From Octopus sinensis (lineage: Eukaryota), in NCBI RefSeq assembly GCF_006345805.1, contig NC_043010.1:49910001-49974000 (forward strand): 64,000 nt of DNA, read 5' to 3'. Under the pieces are notes generated by a model. That model made no database searches. It was not told the DNA's origin and was given only the letters and a program-made list of their open reading frames with translations. Shown in pieces: positions 35,795 to 49,925 of this stretch. The translations under genes were made by a program, and so were the position numbers. Position 1 is the first letter of the stretch. Each line of letters opens with the position of its first letter.

Positions 35795-37224
35795 AGTAAG
35801 GATATTTTTAACAAAAATGCAGACTATTATAGCATGGCACTCAACAAAGCTGGGTATAACCAGAAGTTAAAGTATTGTGCACAAATTATGGATCACAGCT
35901 GCTCTAATAACATTGGAGTTACTCACGGTAGCAATAATTTTAAAGGACTTAGATAAAATAGGAATAATGATAGAAATAATGAAAATAAATGTCTAACAGA
36001 TAACAATGATATGCAAAATATGAAAACCAATTTATAGCTTCATACATCAGATAATGTTCATAAAATTCATAACAGCAATAATAGAATAAAAATGACACAC
36101 ACCCATATATATATAATAAGGTTCAAACATTTGTAAATTGTAATGTAACTATAAGAGCAACTGATAACAGCAATATTATTTGGTTCATTTTTTCCACTTG
36201 CTAAGCAAATTAAGAATAATTTGGTTGGATCTTTATATAAACTATTTTCCAAACATTTTACCAAAGATGATGTAAATAACACTAGTTTTCTCTATGTGAA
36301 TGTTTCTGTTTCTAAAAAATATGTCGCACATTATTTCTTCCCTTAATGAGAGGAAATTATGAACTTTTATTACCATAATGCAACAATAATGGTACTCTAA
36401 GAAATCATGTTAGTAAAGAATATATAAATAAATCTTCTAATATACAAGGGGAAACAACCCATGTTGAATTCCATCTTAACCCAAGGAATAGAAATAACAC
36501 TGTAAACAAGAATTATGTAGAAGCACATGGCCTATTGGTTAGAGCGGCGGACTCATGGTCGAGGGATCGCAGGCTCGAATCTCAGACCGGGCGATGTGTG
36601 TGTTTATGAGCAAAACACCTAAGCTCCACACGGCTCCAGCAGAAGGTAATGGCAAACTTCTGCAGACTCTTTCGCCACAATTTTCACTCTTTCCTCTTGC
36701 AGCTTGCCTTTGACAGACCGGCGTCCCATCCATGTGGGGAACCTAAAAGCCAAGGAAATTGGGAAACCGGCCCTAATGAGCCAGGCATGGCTCGAGAAGG
36801 AACGAACAAACAAGAATTATATTGACTGTAATGATATAAATCAAAATAGAAATATGAATAGAAACGAAAATATATTTTGTGATTGCAAAGTTAGAAGTAA
36901 CTTTTTGTTTAATAATTATTGTAAACAATGTTTGAGGGAGAAGGGGCCCCAGGACCCAACTGGCACTATATTTCATCTACCCTGTTCTCTCAAGAGTTTA
37001 TGAAATTCTTATGATGTCAACAACACACATACATATATGATTATATATGTATGTATATGTTTATGCACAGGTGTGGCTGTGTGGTAAGTGGCTTGCTTCC
37101 CAACCATGTGGTTCCAGATTCAGTCCCACTATGTAGTACTTTGGTCAGGTGTCTTCTACTATGGCCTCAGGCTGACCAAGGACTTGTGAGTGGTTTTGGT
37201 GAACGGAAGCTGAAAGAGGCCTGT

Positions 37225-37257
<33 letters not shown>

Positions 37258-37800
37258 TACCTCACCTGTGCTTGTGACTCATAAAAAGCACTAATTCCAC
37301 TCTGCTGAGTGGTTGGTGTCAAGAATGGCATCCAGTTGTAAAAATCCTGCCAAAACAGTCACAGAAGTCGGGGCAGACTTCAGCCTAGCTAGCACTTGTG
37401 AAACCATCCTGCCCATGCTAGCATGGGAAGTAGATGTTAAACAATGATGAAAAATCGTAGTATATAGATGTAGAGTGAAATCTTAAGGAAAGAGTTTCCT
37501 TTACATTGGTTCAATGGAAAACTATATTTAAAAATGCATCACCAACCACAATTACACCTTTAATAATAGAAATAAATCGTTTTATACTAGCCTTAACAAA
37601 TTCATTTGGGACATGAAAGACAAAATGTTTACTGTGGAGTGGGGGAAAATAAGCAGGGCTGGTGCTTATAAAATTGGAAATGCCTAGTATTTTCTCTGTG
37701 TGGAAGAATTATTCCAAATCTTAAATTCTTGATGTAAACTCATTAATACCAAAAAAAGAGGGTGGGACATCCTGTGTTCATGACTGTAAATATGTTTCCA
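35795..37800 (+). mobile_element. Decayed Penelope-like retroelement (RT C-terminal region, Cys linker, GIY-YIG endonuclease) interrupted by SINEs
   Basis: Translated pieces: SKDIFNKNADYYSMALNKAGYNQKLKY (35795), NIIWFIFPLAKQIKNN..KHF (36172), NMSHIISSLNERKL (36318), CDCKVRSNFLFNNYC (36878), and VVYRCRV..YIG..NH..SLNKFIWDMK..VEW..AY..LCVEE..LIN (37454-37760). In-frame stops and frameshifts are present. Confidence 0.82.
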
Positions 37801-38208
37801 AAGATTACCATTCAATATAATGTAAAGGTTACTAGGACTATAAATCAGGTGGGTGTCTCAGGTTTAATATCCTAACAATTATAACTAAAAAGATTAGATA
37901 ATTCTTAGTAAATATCATATTAATATTAAAATAAAAAATAAATGGTAATTATGAATATAAGGCTTTATTTACAAGTAACAGTATTGTATAAGGTTACTAT
38001 GACTTTAATTAAAGTATGTACCTCAGGAGTTTGCGATTATTATTATTTCTTTAGAAAATAATAGGTAATAGTAAGTTAAAGATACCACCTATTAATTTAA
38101 TAATAGTTTTCATTTTATATTATTTTGATTTGTTAACGTTAATGCTTTCCTCAATTAAGACCATTTGTATTGATTCTCACAATATACACATATACATACA
38201 TACATAAA

Positions 38209-38275
<67 letters not shown>

Positions 38276-39051
38276 ATACAAAATGGGACGAGAATGCAAA
38301 AGATCCAGACAGTTAAATGATACAAGAAAGGGACAATAAAACATCCAGATAGACGATACAAAGAAAACAAGGACAGGTCCTTCGGAGTTTTCTTTCCTCA
38401 GTTGAGTTCCAGATTATCTTACCAATTTCGGCTGAGATTGCTCCAATCTGGCCAGCCCTAAGGAAAAACTAAGCTAAATGTATACATACACATACATGCA
38501 TACATACACACACATGCAGACACACACATGCAGACACACACACACACCACACACACACATACATCATGACTTTCAAGTGAACAAGATGCCCATGGCTTAT
38601 ATCATTAGCCTGTAGGTGGATAAATGCTGACTCGGGCCTAAACAGCAATAACCCCAACAACATTGACAGTAGAGACTTGGATATAAATTCGAAACATTTC
38701 TACTGAGAGCATAACACTCTAACAATTCAGTCATCGCACCAATTTACTCTCCGTCAATCCATCAGACTTAAATATAATCAGAAGGGTAACAGCTGGCAGA
38801 TATTTAGTAATATTGATTTTCTGAAAAGCAGTGTATTTGATGGGACTCCAGTATGAATCATAATGGAATACCTAATATCTGATCAATTGATATACATACA
38901 TACACACACACATACATACATACATACATACATACATACATAAATACATACATACATACGTACGTACGTACATACATACATACATACATATATATATATG
39001 TATATATATGAATAGCTATATATATGAATATATATATATAATATATATATA

Positions 39052-39117
<66 letters not shown>

Positions 39118-40952
39118 ATATATATTTATGTATGCATGTATTTTTGCGTTTGTGTGGGGGGGTTGGGGATGCGGGTATATATTGAATTCAGTAACAGATG
39201 TAAACAAGTCTTCTGTTTTTGTAAAGTACAGAACGTTAATGTAATATACAATACATTAATGGGTGTGCACAAATTTTTCAATGCTTTATGTACAATATAT
39301 GTATTTTTGGTGTAATATATGGACTTGTAGAATCGTGTCACTATCACAGAAAGCTCACCTTAGCGGTTCAGCAAAAGTAACCGATAGAATAAGTCCTGGG
39401 ATCAATTTGCTTGACTAAAAGCAGTGTTCCAGCATGGTCACAGTCAAATGACTGAAAGAAGTAAAAGAGTAAGGTGGTGAGCTGTCCCTGTAACTTAGCG
39501 GTTCAGCAAAAGAGACCAACAGAATAAGTACTAGGCTTACAAAGAATAAGTCCTGGGGTCAATTTGCTTGACTAAAAGCGGTGCTCCAGCATGGTCACAG
39601 TCAAATGACTGAAAGAAGTAAAAGAGTAAAAGGTGTCATGCAGTGGGGCTGGACCCGGAATCATGTTGTTGGGAAGTAAACTTCCAACCACATAGCCATA
39701 CATACACCTAAACAATTAATTACAAATAACTATGTGGTGAAGAAAAGACAATATAAGAATTGGTTGGTTGATGTCCCCCATAGAACAGGTCATCTACCAG
39801 CTCGCTGCTTCTACTAGTGTTATTAACAATGTTCTAGACCACTGCTCAGAAACCTTTGTCCACTTGCAGTACATTTATATTCTTTTCAAAATTTGGTAGC
39901 ACACCTGAAATAAAAATATAACTAAAAGTATAGGGGAAAAAGTTATATTCAGATTACACTACAGCGCACTCAGCATCGTCTCATGGCACACCAATGTGCC
40001 ACAGAATACCGGTTTTGGAGCTCTGTTGTAGACTGCTTTTTATCGTCAGTGTAGTCATTATCATCTTTATTGCCATAACTGTTGTGGTTATTATTTGTAG
40101 GTAGTGTTTAATAGAGCAATACCTGTCAGGTAACACTGTTTCCACCTCTACCACCACTGCCACCACCACCTCCTCCACCACCACCACCACCACCACCACT
40201 GCCACCACCACCATTACCACCATCAACACTTGTGACATGTCTAACCATCACCGGCTCAGCTCATTATTCTCCTGTAAAGCAATATGCTTGCTCCTCCTAC
40301 GTTCTACATATTTTGTCTTCCAATTATCGTTACTGGAAACATCTGGGTAAATATAATAATTAAATACCTTGGTTAATATTATCATCATCATCATCGTTGT
40401 TTAATGTCTGCTTTCCATGCTGGCATGGGTTGGCCAGTTTGACTGAGAACTGGTAGGCCGGGTGGCTACACCAGGTTCCAATCTGATTTGGCAAGGTTTC
40501 TACAGCTCGATGCCCTTCCTAATGCCAACCACTCCAAGAGTATAATGTGTGCTTTTTATGTGCCAAAGCCATGGGAGCCAGTCAGGTGGTCATGCTTGAA
40601 TGGTGTTTTTTACGTGCTAGTCAGGTAGCACTGGCATTGGCCACACTCAAATGGTGCCTTTTACATGTCACGAGCATGGGTGTCAGTCAGGCGGCACTGG
40701 CATCAACCATGCTCGAATGGTGCTTTTTACATAACAGTTATTGTGTGCTTGTGTGTGTGCTTGTGTCTATGTTTGTGTCTGTTTGTATGTGTATGTGTGT
40801 GTATTTGCGTATGTGAGTGTGTGTGTGTGTATGTAAATGTGTTTGTGTGTTTATGTGCTTGTGTGTATATGTGTGGTATATCGTATCAACATGATGAAGG
40901 TAAAAGGAGATTAAAACTACAATTATGTGAGTCACTAAATTGTTGTTGCTAC

Positions 40953-40983
<31 letters not shown>

Positions 40984-41509
40984 GCTGTTTAGCCCAAAGT
41001 CAACCCTGATCAAAAAAACCCGAACCTCTCCAATATTCTCAAGGATTTCCAAAACTCCATAATCCAATGTATATCCTTCCTTTTTTTTTAAAGATAGTGC
41101 ATAGAGATTTGAAAGAAATTTGGCTGCTATTTCTAACAGTTCCAATACCTATGAAGAGGTTTCCTGCTTGACTCATATTCAATTGCTTAACAAAGGTAAA
41201 GGTTCTGTAGCAAACATTTGCAAGATACATTTAATACCAAGATTAACTTAGCCTTTCATCAGTTTGAGATCAATAAAACAGTATTAATCCAGAGTGATAG
41301 ACTGATAGAAGCTAAATAACAGATGTGCAAATGTCTTTGCATTCTGAGTTCAAATCCCGCCATGGTCTTCTTGGCTGGTAGAGTAAATTCATTATCTGAT
41401 TTAATACCACCATTTTCAGAATGCCTTTAGCAGAGTTCACTCTACTGCAAGCATTTGGGTCTCTGGTTTGAGGATACATTCTTCCTTCCAAGAGGTAATG
41501 TTTATTGCC

Positions 41510-42150
41510 ACTTAAATGTGGATGTTCTGTTGGAACAAACTATACTGTGGTAGATACCATGAGAAAACTCACATATTGGCTTTTGGTACAAAATGCACTC
41601 TTGTTTATATTGCTAACAGGCAGATAAATCCCTGCCACATAATTTCAACATTCCTTGATCTCATTGATGATGGATGCTTGACTGCTAGAGATAGCAGCAA
41701 CGTATCTTCCCACCAGCAATATATAGAATAACAGTGCCAGAATAAGCACTGCTGTTGTGATAAGCCAGTGAGCTTGTTAAAAAATATATATAAGTGATAG
41801 AAGCAGTAATTAATAGAGAGAGGTAATATTTATCCCCACTTAAACATTTATGTTCTGTTAGAACAAACTATACTGCCGTAGATGCCATGAGAAAAACTCT
41901 CATATTGGCTTTTGGTGCAAAATGCACTCTTGTTTATATTGCTGATGGGGAAATAAATCCCTGTCACGTCCAGTACCAAGACTACTAGATCACATTATTT
42001 CGACATTCCTTGATCTCATCGATGATGGATGCCTGACTGATAAAGATAGCTGCAACTCATCTCCTCATCACCAACAAATAGAATAACAGTGCCGGAACAG
42101 GCACTGGTGTTGTGATTACCCAGTGAGCTTGTTAAAAAATATATATTATG
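41510..42150. repeat. Tandem pair (about 330-bp period) of an unclassified repeat also present at about 1690-2682
   Basis: Both units contain CCATGAGAAAA..TTTTGGT[A/G]CAAAATGCACTCTTGTTTATATTGCT..ATAAATCCCTG..GAGCTTGTTAAAAAATATATA, homologous to 2213-2500. Confidence 0.8.
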
Positions 42151-43323
42151 TGTGTCTGTGGAGTGCTCAGCCACTTGAATGTTAATTTCACAGGCAGGCT
42201 GTTCTGTTGATCAAATCAGCTGAAACATGGATCATCATAACTGATGTGTGTGTGTGCATATGTGTGTGTATGTATGTGTGTGTGTGTATGGATATTTTAG
42301 TTTATCAACACCAAGGTTAGAAGGTGACAGTAGTAGTTGGTTTAGATATTCAATTGCTGGAGAGAGAGAGAGAGGTGGGGTAGATATGAGTGAAAAAAAA
42401 AAAGTGGAGGATATCGAATGCACAGAGTATAGTTATTCATTCAAGTGTTTGCTTTGCTTTGCCCATAATAATATTCTGTTAGATGGATGGTGTTCCAGCC
42501 ATGACCATCACAACTTTTATTCAAACATATCATCTCAAGAACTGCATCCTCAAATATGCATTTTTGATTGATTTTAAGATGAGCAAGTGTGATCTGAGTG
42601 AGATTTGGTTGCTACCCCTTGCAGTTTGAGAAACTGCACAGAAGCTTCCTTTTGTTAGTTTGAGCATTTATGTTTGCAAGCATGTATAAATGAGCACACA
42701 CACACACACATGCACACATGCATACACACGCACACATACATTCACAAACATACATACACACATCCACACACTCACACATGCATGCATACACATGAATTTA
42801 TACATATATACATACATACATACATACATGCATATTCTTTTACATGTTTCGCTCATTTGACTGCGGCCATGCTGGAACACCATCTTAAAGGCTTTTTTTT
42901 AGTCGAAGAAATTGACTTCAGGACTTTTTCTTGATAAGCCTAGTACTTATTCTATCGGGATCTTTTGCCAAACCGCTAAGTTACAGGGACGTAAACTCAC
43001 CACCATTGGTTGTCAAGTGATGATGGTGGGAACAAACACAGATACAAAGACATACACACATAAATACACACACTCACACACACGTGCACATACCCACACA
43101 CACACATATATATGATAGTGAGGACACATGGCCTAGTGGTTAGAGGTGTTGCACTCACAATTACTAGATTGTGGCAGACAGACAGAGAGACAGACAGACA
43201 GACAAAGAGACAGACAGACAGACAGATAGACAGATAGAGACAGTCAGATAGACAGACAGACAGATAAATAGATAGACAGAGACAGTCAGAGAGACAGACA
43301 GGCAGATACATAGATAGATAGAT

Positions 43324-43368
<45 letters not shown>

Positions 43369-43369
43369 T

Positions 43370-43422
<53 letters not shown>

Positions 43423-44600
43423 CAGAAACAGTTAGACAAACAGACAGACAGATAGATAGACAGATACACAGATACACAGGTATGTGCACTCATTCAGCTA
43501 CATAAGAATACACATATTGTATAAAGAATGGCTTCCCATAGTTCTCTGAGACTTGACTGGATATAACAATATCTAACAATATCAAAAAGGAAAAGTGAAC
43601 CTTTCTCCTTGATCCTAAGGTAAATATTAAGAGAAAGGTCACGTTAAGGGGTAGGAGGTGGTATTTCAATCCCTCATGCACACACAGAGTAAACACACTT
43701 CGCACAAAGGCCTATGTATCTATGTATTCACGTATTATTGTATGCCTACATTTATGTATTCTTTATCATTCAATTTTCACTTGTTTCAGTCATTGGACAG
43801 CGGCCATACTGGGGCACTGCTTTGAAGGGATTTTGGTCAAATAAATTAACCCTGGTACTTGTTTTTTAAAAGTCTGGTACTTATTCTATTAGTCTCTTTT
43901 GCTGAACTGCTAAGTTCAGCAAGTGGTGGTGAGGGAGAAAAAAAACACACACACACACACACACACATCGTCATCGTCGTCGCTGTCATTGTCATCATTA
44001 TCCTCATCATCCTCATCCTCATCCTCATCATCATCATTATCATCATTTAATATCCATTTTTCCATGCTGGTATGAGTTGGACAGTTCAACATGAACAGAC
44101 AAGCCAGAAGGCTGCGCCTAGTTCTAATGTCTGTTTTGGCGTGGTTTCTACAGCTGGATGCTCTTTCTAACAGCATCTGTGATGCAGAGTGTATTGGGTG
44201 CTTTTTACATAGCACCAGAACTGATAAGGTCACAAAGTACCTGCAAGACGGGGGTCCACAGCTGAGTGAATGAGACATAAAAAAAAATGGGATAGACGGA
44301 CATGAGCAGGTATCTTGCTGGAGAAGAGAATGCTAGTCTATCTCTCTCCAGATGGCTTGTCCATCAGGAGAGAGATAGAGAGAGAAAGAGCTGTGAGGTC
44401 AAGGTACAAGGTGAATATGAGAGAAAGATTCGGATTGAGGAGCAGAAAAGATGGATATGTATACACATGTAAAAGTATATATACTATGATTATATATGTA
44501 TAAGTGTAAGTCTATATGGATATTTGTTCATATTTTTTATATATATTAAATTATACGTGTATCCTGTTTCATGTATTAATATTTTTAAAATTCTTTATAG

Positions 44601-44727
44601 TCTCTGATGAGGCCTATGGTTATATATATAAGTACCCTATTTTTAAATGCCTACAACCTCAATATAATTGACAACTATAGGCACGAAATAAAACTACTTT
44701 TATTCATAGGCTGAAACAGCTGTAAGG
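44601..44727 (+). ncRNA. Hammerhead motif with long helix II loop, in an AT-rich Penelope-type repeat (to about 44920)
   Basis: CTGATGA 44604-10; GGCCTATG(44611-18)/CATAGGCT(44705-12); GAAA 44713-16; palindrome ACAGCTGT; GUA site at 44724; weak 3-bp helix I. A partial homolog lies on the minus strand at about 7610-7900. Confidence 0.55.
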
Positions 44728-44916
44728 AGTGATTTTAATGATTTCAATAATTTATATTATGATTTTTATAATTGTATTCATATCTTACATGTATTGAATA
44801 TATGTATGCTATTAAGGTTCTCATTTTTGTTAAATGAATAAATAATTCAACATTCAATATCTGAAAGCTGATGAACGAACTAAATTGTTTCTCCATTTTC
44901 TTATTTGTATTATATA

Positions 44917-44965
<49 letters not shown>

Positions 44966-46301
44966 AGGCTTCCACACAGTTTCCATTTACTAAATTCACT
45001 TAAAAGACATTGGTTGAACCAGGATTATAGTTGAAGACACTTGTCCAAGGTGCCATGCAATAGAACTGAACCTAAAACCACATGGTTGCAAAATAACCTT
45101 AACCATACAGCGATGCATGTGCCTATGCATGTATGCATGTGTGTGTGTGTGGTGTGTGTGTGTGTACATATGTACATATGTATGTATGTAATTATGTACA
45201 TATGTATTTATTTATATGTGTGTGTGAATGTATGTATATATGTATGTATGCATGTATTTATGTATGCATGTATATACATACGTGTATGTATGTGTGTGTG
45301 TGTATGTATGTATGTATGTTTGTATGTATGTGTGTGTATGTATGTATGTATGTATGTATGTATGTATGTATGTATGACAACGAGGGTTCCAGTTGATCTG
45401 ATGAGCGGAACAGAATGCTTGTGAAATTAACATGCAAGAGGCTGAGCACTCTGCAGACTCGTGTACCCTTAGCATAGTTCTCGGAGAGATTCAGCATGAC
45501 ACAGAGCGTGACAAGGCTATCTCTTTGAAGTACAGGTACAACAGAAACAGGAAGAAAGAGCGAGAGAAAGTTGTGGTGAAAGAGTACAGCAGGGTTCACC
45601 ACCACCTCCTGTCGGCGCCTCATGGAGCTTTAAGTGTTTTCAGTCAATAAACATAACGCCTGGTCTGGAGAATCGAAACAGCGATCCTAAGATTCGTGAG
45701 TCTGCTGCCCTAACCACTGGGTCATTGCGTCTCCACTGTAAGTGTGTATATATGTATTGTGTATATGTGTATATGTGTGTGTGTATGTATATACGTATGC
45801 ATGCTTCTTGGGTTTTATTATAAAATCTTCTATGGTGGAGAGATGGCAGAATCATTAGCATGCCAGGCAAAACGCATAGTAGCACCTTTATGTTTAGTGT
45901 TCAAATTCCACCAAGTTCGACTTTGCCTTTTATCCTTTCAGGGATCAATGAAGTAAGAATCAGTCGAGCACTGGGGTCAGTATAATCAATTAACCCCCTC
46001 CCCACAAACTTCAGGCCTCATGCTTATATTAAAAAGGATTATGAAATCATCTCATGGATAGGGAAAAAGTTGGCTTCTAACTCAGGAAACAGCTTTTTTA
46101 TTGAAATTCCAGTAACATTAACTATGTTATCATGTATAAGAAGATAAGAAGAAGATGAGATGACAAGGGAATAAATAATTATCTTCATTAGCTTACATCT
46201 GTTTCTGCTATAAGATGCAGACATGGAGCCTGAACAGCCTTTCAGCTGGCCAGCTCCTGTCAAACCATCCAACTCATGGCAGCATGGAAAATGGATGTTA
46301 A

Positions 46302-46333
<32 letters not shown>

Positions 46334-46410
46334 AATGAATAGGTGTTTCATTCTTCACATGCACACAGACACACACACATGCTTACAGATAAATGGTACT
46401 TCAACCTTAA

Positions 46411-46630
46411 GGCGTCGAGCTGGCAGAAACGTCAGCACGCCAGGCGAAATGCTTAGCGGTATTTCGTCTGCGTTACGTTGTGAGTTCAAATTCCGCCGAG
46501 GTCGACTTTGCCTTTCATCCTTTCGGGGTCGATAAATTAAGTACCAGTTACGCACTGGGGTCGATGTAATCGACTTAATACCTATGTCTGTCCGCTCTGT
46601 GTTTAGCCCCTTGTGGATAATAAAGAAATA
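46411..46630 (+). mobile_element. Young tRNA-derived SINE (family 1) with 16-17-bp TSD
   Basis: B box GAGTTCAAATTCC and central GCCTTTCATCCTTTCGGGGTCGATAAA domain; TSD GGTACTTCAACCTTAA(G) at 46395 and 46631. Other copies: about 270-470(-), 7000-7195(-), 10795-11190(-, two tandem), 45830-46010(+), 59935-60130(+), 60170-60340(+). Confidence 0.88.
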
Positions 46631-48685
46631 GGTACTTCAACCTTAAGAAGCTGATTTTGGTGCTACCCCTGTCACCAATCGCTCTCCTACCACCATTACC
46701 ACCATCATCACTGTCACCAATACCTCCACCACCATCACCACTGCCACCGCCGCCACCACCACAACCACGACCACGACCACCACCACTGCTGCTGTCACCA
46801 AAACACCCCACGACGACCACCATCACCACCACCACCACCACCACCATGTCACCATTCCCTTATCACCACCACCATTGCCGCTGCTGCTGCTGCCACCACA
46901 CGGCAGCCACCATTACCATCACCATCACCACCAGCATTGGTAGCACCACCTGCACCACTAGCCTATTGGTATCACATAACAATAATACCGGCATCATTCC
47001 CTTTGTTAAGGCAACTAGGTAACAGGTGGTTACAAGAGTTGTGTAGAAAGCTTTATTCAAACCTTTTAGAGAGAGAAAGAGCGAGAGAAAGGGAGATGGG
47101 AAAGAAGAGAGGGAGAGAGATAGAGAGAGAGACAAGATCTACCTGATAGTAAAGGTAATCACTCTACATCTGCTTAAACAACTTAAGAAAGGACCCTACT
47201 GAAAATAGCAGCTAAATCCACCTTTAATTACACCCTACTGTCTTGAAAAAGTCAAGGGCACATTAGACGATGTAGCTCTAGATATATTATAATTCTATTT
47301 GTCTAGGATGCTTTGTAGGAATCAAACTTCAATATTTAATTAATACTATATTTTTATTAACCTCACTAGAATTATGTGGAGGCAAATGGCTTAGTGGTTA
47401 GGGTGTTGGACTCGTGATTGTAAGATTGTGGTTCAATTCATGAACTGGGTGACACATTGAGTGCTTGAGCAAAACACTTCATTTCATGGTGCTCCAGTTC
47501 ACTCAGCTGGCAAAAATAAGTAAAACTGTGATGGACCTGTCCCGGAAGGAATATATATATGTACGCCTGAGAAACCAGAAAACCGACCCTGTGCTTCTTT
47601 ATGGAATGATGTGGACTAACCACCAGAAGTATGAAAGGCAAAGCTAATCCCAGTGAAATGTGAACTCAGGCTCTAAGGGATCATAATTAAATGTTGCAGG
47701 GATTCTGGTCAAAGTTCTAATGATTCTTTGCATGTCTGGGAAACAAGAAAAGTGAAAGGATACTTTTGATAATGGGTCTGCTTAGACAGAACAAATTTTG
47801 GACTAAACTAAAGGGACAACAGCAATGATAACTACAACAACAACGACAACAACAACCACAGCAGCGACAACAACAACAGCAACAACTGTGTAAGCTTAAC
47901 ATGTTTTTTGACACTACCATTATTTTTGTTTGAATTTTTTTAAATAATTTCTAACTTTTTTTTTGCATTTGATTTTTGTATGTAAAAGACAAGAACGACA
48001 ACAACAATAATAATAATAATAATAAGAGGTAAAAAAAAACAAGAAAATAGTGCACACAAAACACATTAACAGATTAACAACAACAAAAAAATCAGCAAAA
48101 AATATCACACAACAGTAAAGTTAATAACTAGTTACAATAAACAACGGCAACATAAAGAACAACATCAACAACATGAGTGAATGAGGTAATTTCTATGTGG
48201 TTGCTTGATTTGCTAGAAATAGCAACCAAATCTTCATCAGGTATAGCTGTGTGGTTACAAAGTTTGCTTTGCCGCCAGGCCATTTTGAGTTCAGTACTAG
48301 TGTAGCATGTTGGGCAAATGTCTTCTACTATAGCCCCAGGTTGACCAATAACTTGTGAGTGGATTTGATAGATGAAAAGTAAAAGAGGGTCATTTGATAT
48401 ATATATATGTATGTGTGTGTGTATGTATATATGTGTATATATGTGCGTGTGTATATATATATATATGGTTTCCACTCCATACTCTGCCTTTTTCTCATCT
48501 CCTGTAACTATTCTCTCCCAAAAAGCTTTTGTCTTCATCATTATAGCAGTTGAGTAAGCATTGACAGGTCTCTGTATGATTGAGCTTATGTGCTTCAGTA
48601 AGCTCTCTTGGCACCCATCTTGCACAGACTTTAAGGAAAAAAAGCTTGTCGTAGATGATTTCATGTGCAGAACCATGACTAATTT

Positions 48686-48901
48686 ATTTCTTTACTACCC
48701 ACAAAGGGCTAAACACAGAGGGGACAAACAAGGACAGACAAATGGATTAAGTCGATTACATCAACCCCAGTGCGAAACTGGTACTTATTTAATCGACCCC
48801 GAAAGAATTTCGGCAGAATTTGAACTCAGAACATAACGGCAGACGAAATACCACTAAGCATTTCTCCTGGCGTGCTAACATTTCTGCCAGTTCGCCACCT
48901 T
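48686..48901 (-). mobile_element. tRNA-derived SINE (family 1) with 16-bp TSD
   Basis: TSD GAACCATGACTAATTT at 48670-48685 and 48902-48917. Confidence 0.88.
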
Positions 48902-48929
48902 GAACCATGACTAATTTGCAGAGAACATA

Positions 48930-49220
48930 TCACCTCGTCAATGGTCACTCATCAGTTTACCAGAACCATCTCTCAAGCTTGTTGAATCTTCACATCAGTG
49001 GTGGAGGTTAGGAGCATCTTGCTCCTTCTTCATGCTTCACATTTGTCTGGCCAGTTTAAACTTCTTGATTCACTGAACCACACTTCTATATGATATAGCA
49101 TTATCTCTGTATTGTACTAAAAGCCTGCAATGAATTTCAGCCCCTGACACACCTTCAGACCAGAGAAATCAGATCATTGTTCTCTATTATTCCTTGGTGC
49201 ACCCTGCAGTCAGTAGAGCA
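48930..49220 (-). mobile_element. mariner transposase 5' (HTH) remnant
   Basis: Frameshifted translation resembling EQRSVIRFLWSEGVSGAEIHRRL..QY..NA.S...V..WIKKFK. Confidence 0.55.
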
Positions 49221-49589
49221 GCCAAGTTTTTCACTGTAATACAAGAAAGAAAACTGGATCAATCAAAGTCAAACCTCAGTTATGTGACCACAAGGGTACT
49301 TACTACCTTTTAGCACATGAGTGTTGAAGGTGGTGAGGTCAGTCTAAAGAAAGTTGCTTGTGTATATGTGTGTGCATCCTTGCCATGATGTCAGGTGATA
49401 TGGTTCTATACAGTAATCACTATTAAGCAGGTGATAGTGTTTAGATTCCAGTCTTCTGTGAAAGGCATGTCTGGCCATAGGAAAATATTACCTTGCCTGG
49501 AAATAGATGGAAGAGCATCCACCCAAAAGAAAATCTGCCTCAACAAATTCCATCTGACACTTGCAAGTATGGAAAAGTGGTCATTGAAC

Positions 49590-49620
<31 letters not shown>

Positions 49621-49894
49621 ATTATAAGACACCTCTTTTGTTATATATATTATATACATATAATGCATATAAGAGAAAGAACAAAAGAGAAAAAAACAGA
49701 GAGACATATACTCTTTTACTTGTTTCAGTCGTTTGACTGTGGCCATGCTGGAGCACTGTCTTTAGTCTCTCGGGCAAATCAACCCCAGGACTTATTCTAT
49801 CAGTCTCTTTTGCCAAACCGTTAAGTTATGGGGACGTAAACACACCAGCATCGGTTGTCAAGCGATGGTGGGGGGAAAAACACAGACACAAAAG

Positions 49895-49925
<31 letters not shown>

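Noticed and set aside
38385-38465. Minus-strand CAGCC-GAAAT and CTGAGGA as a hammerhead
   Set aside because: The core halves are in an order and context that gave no consistent three-helix junction.
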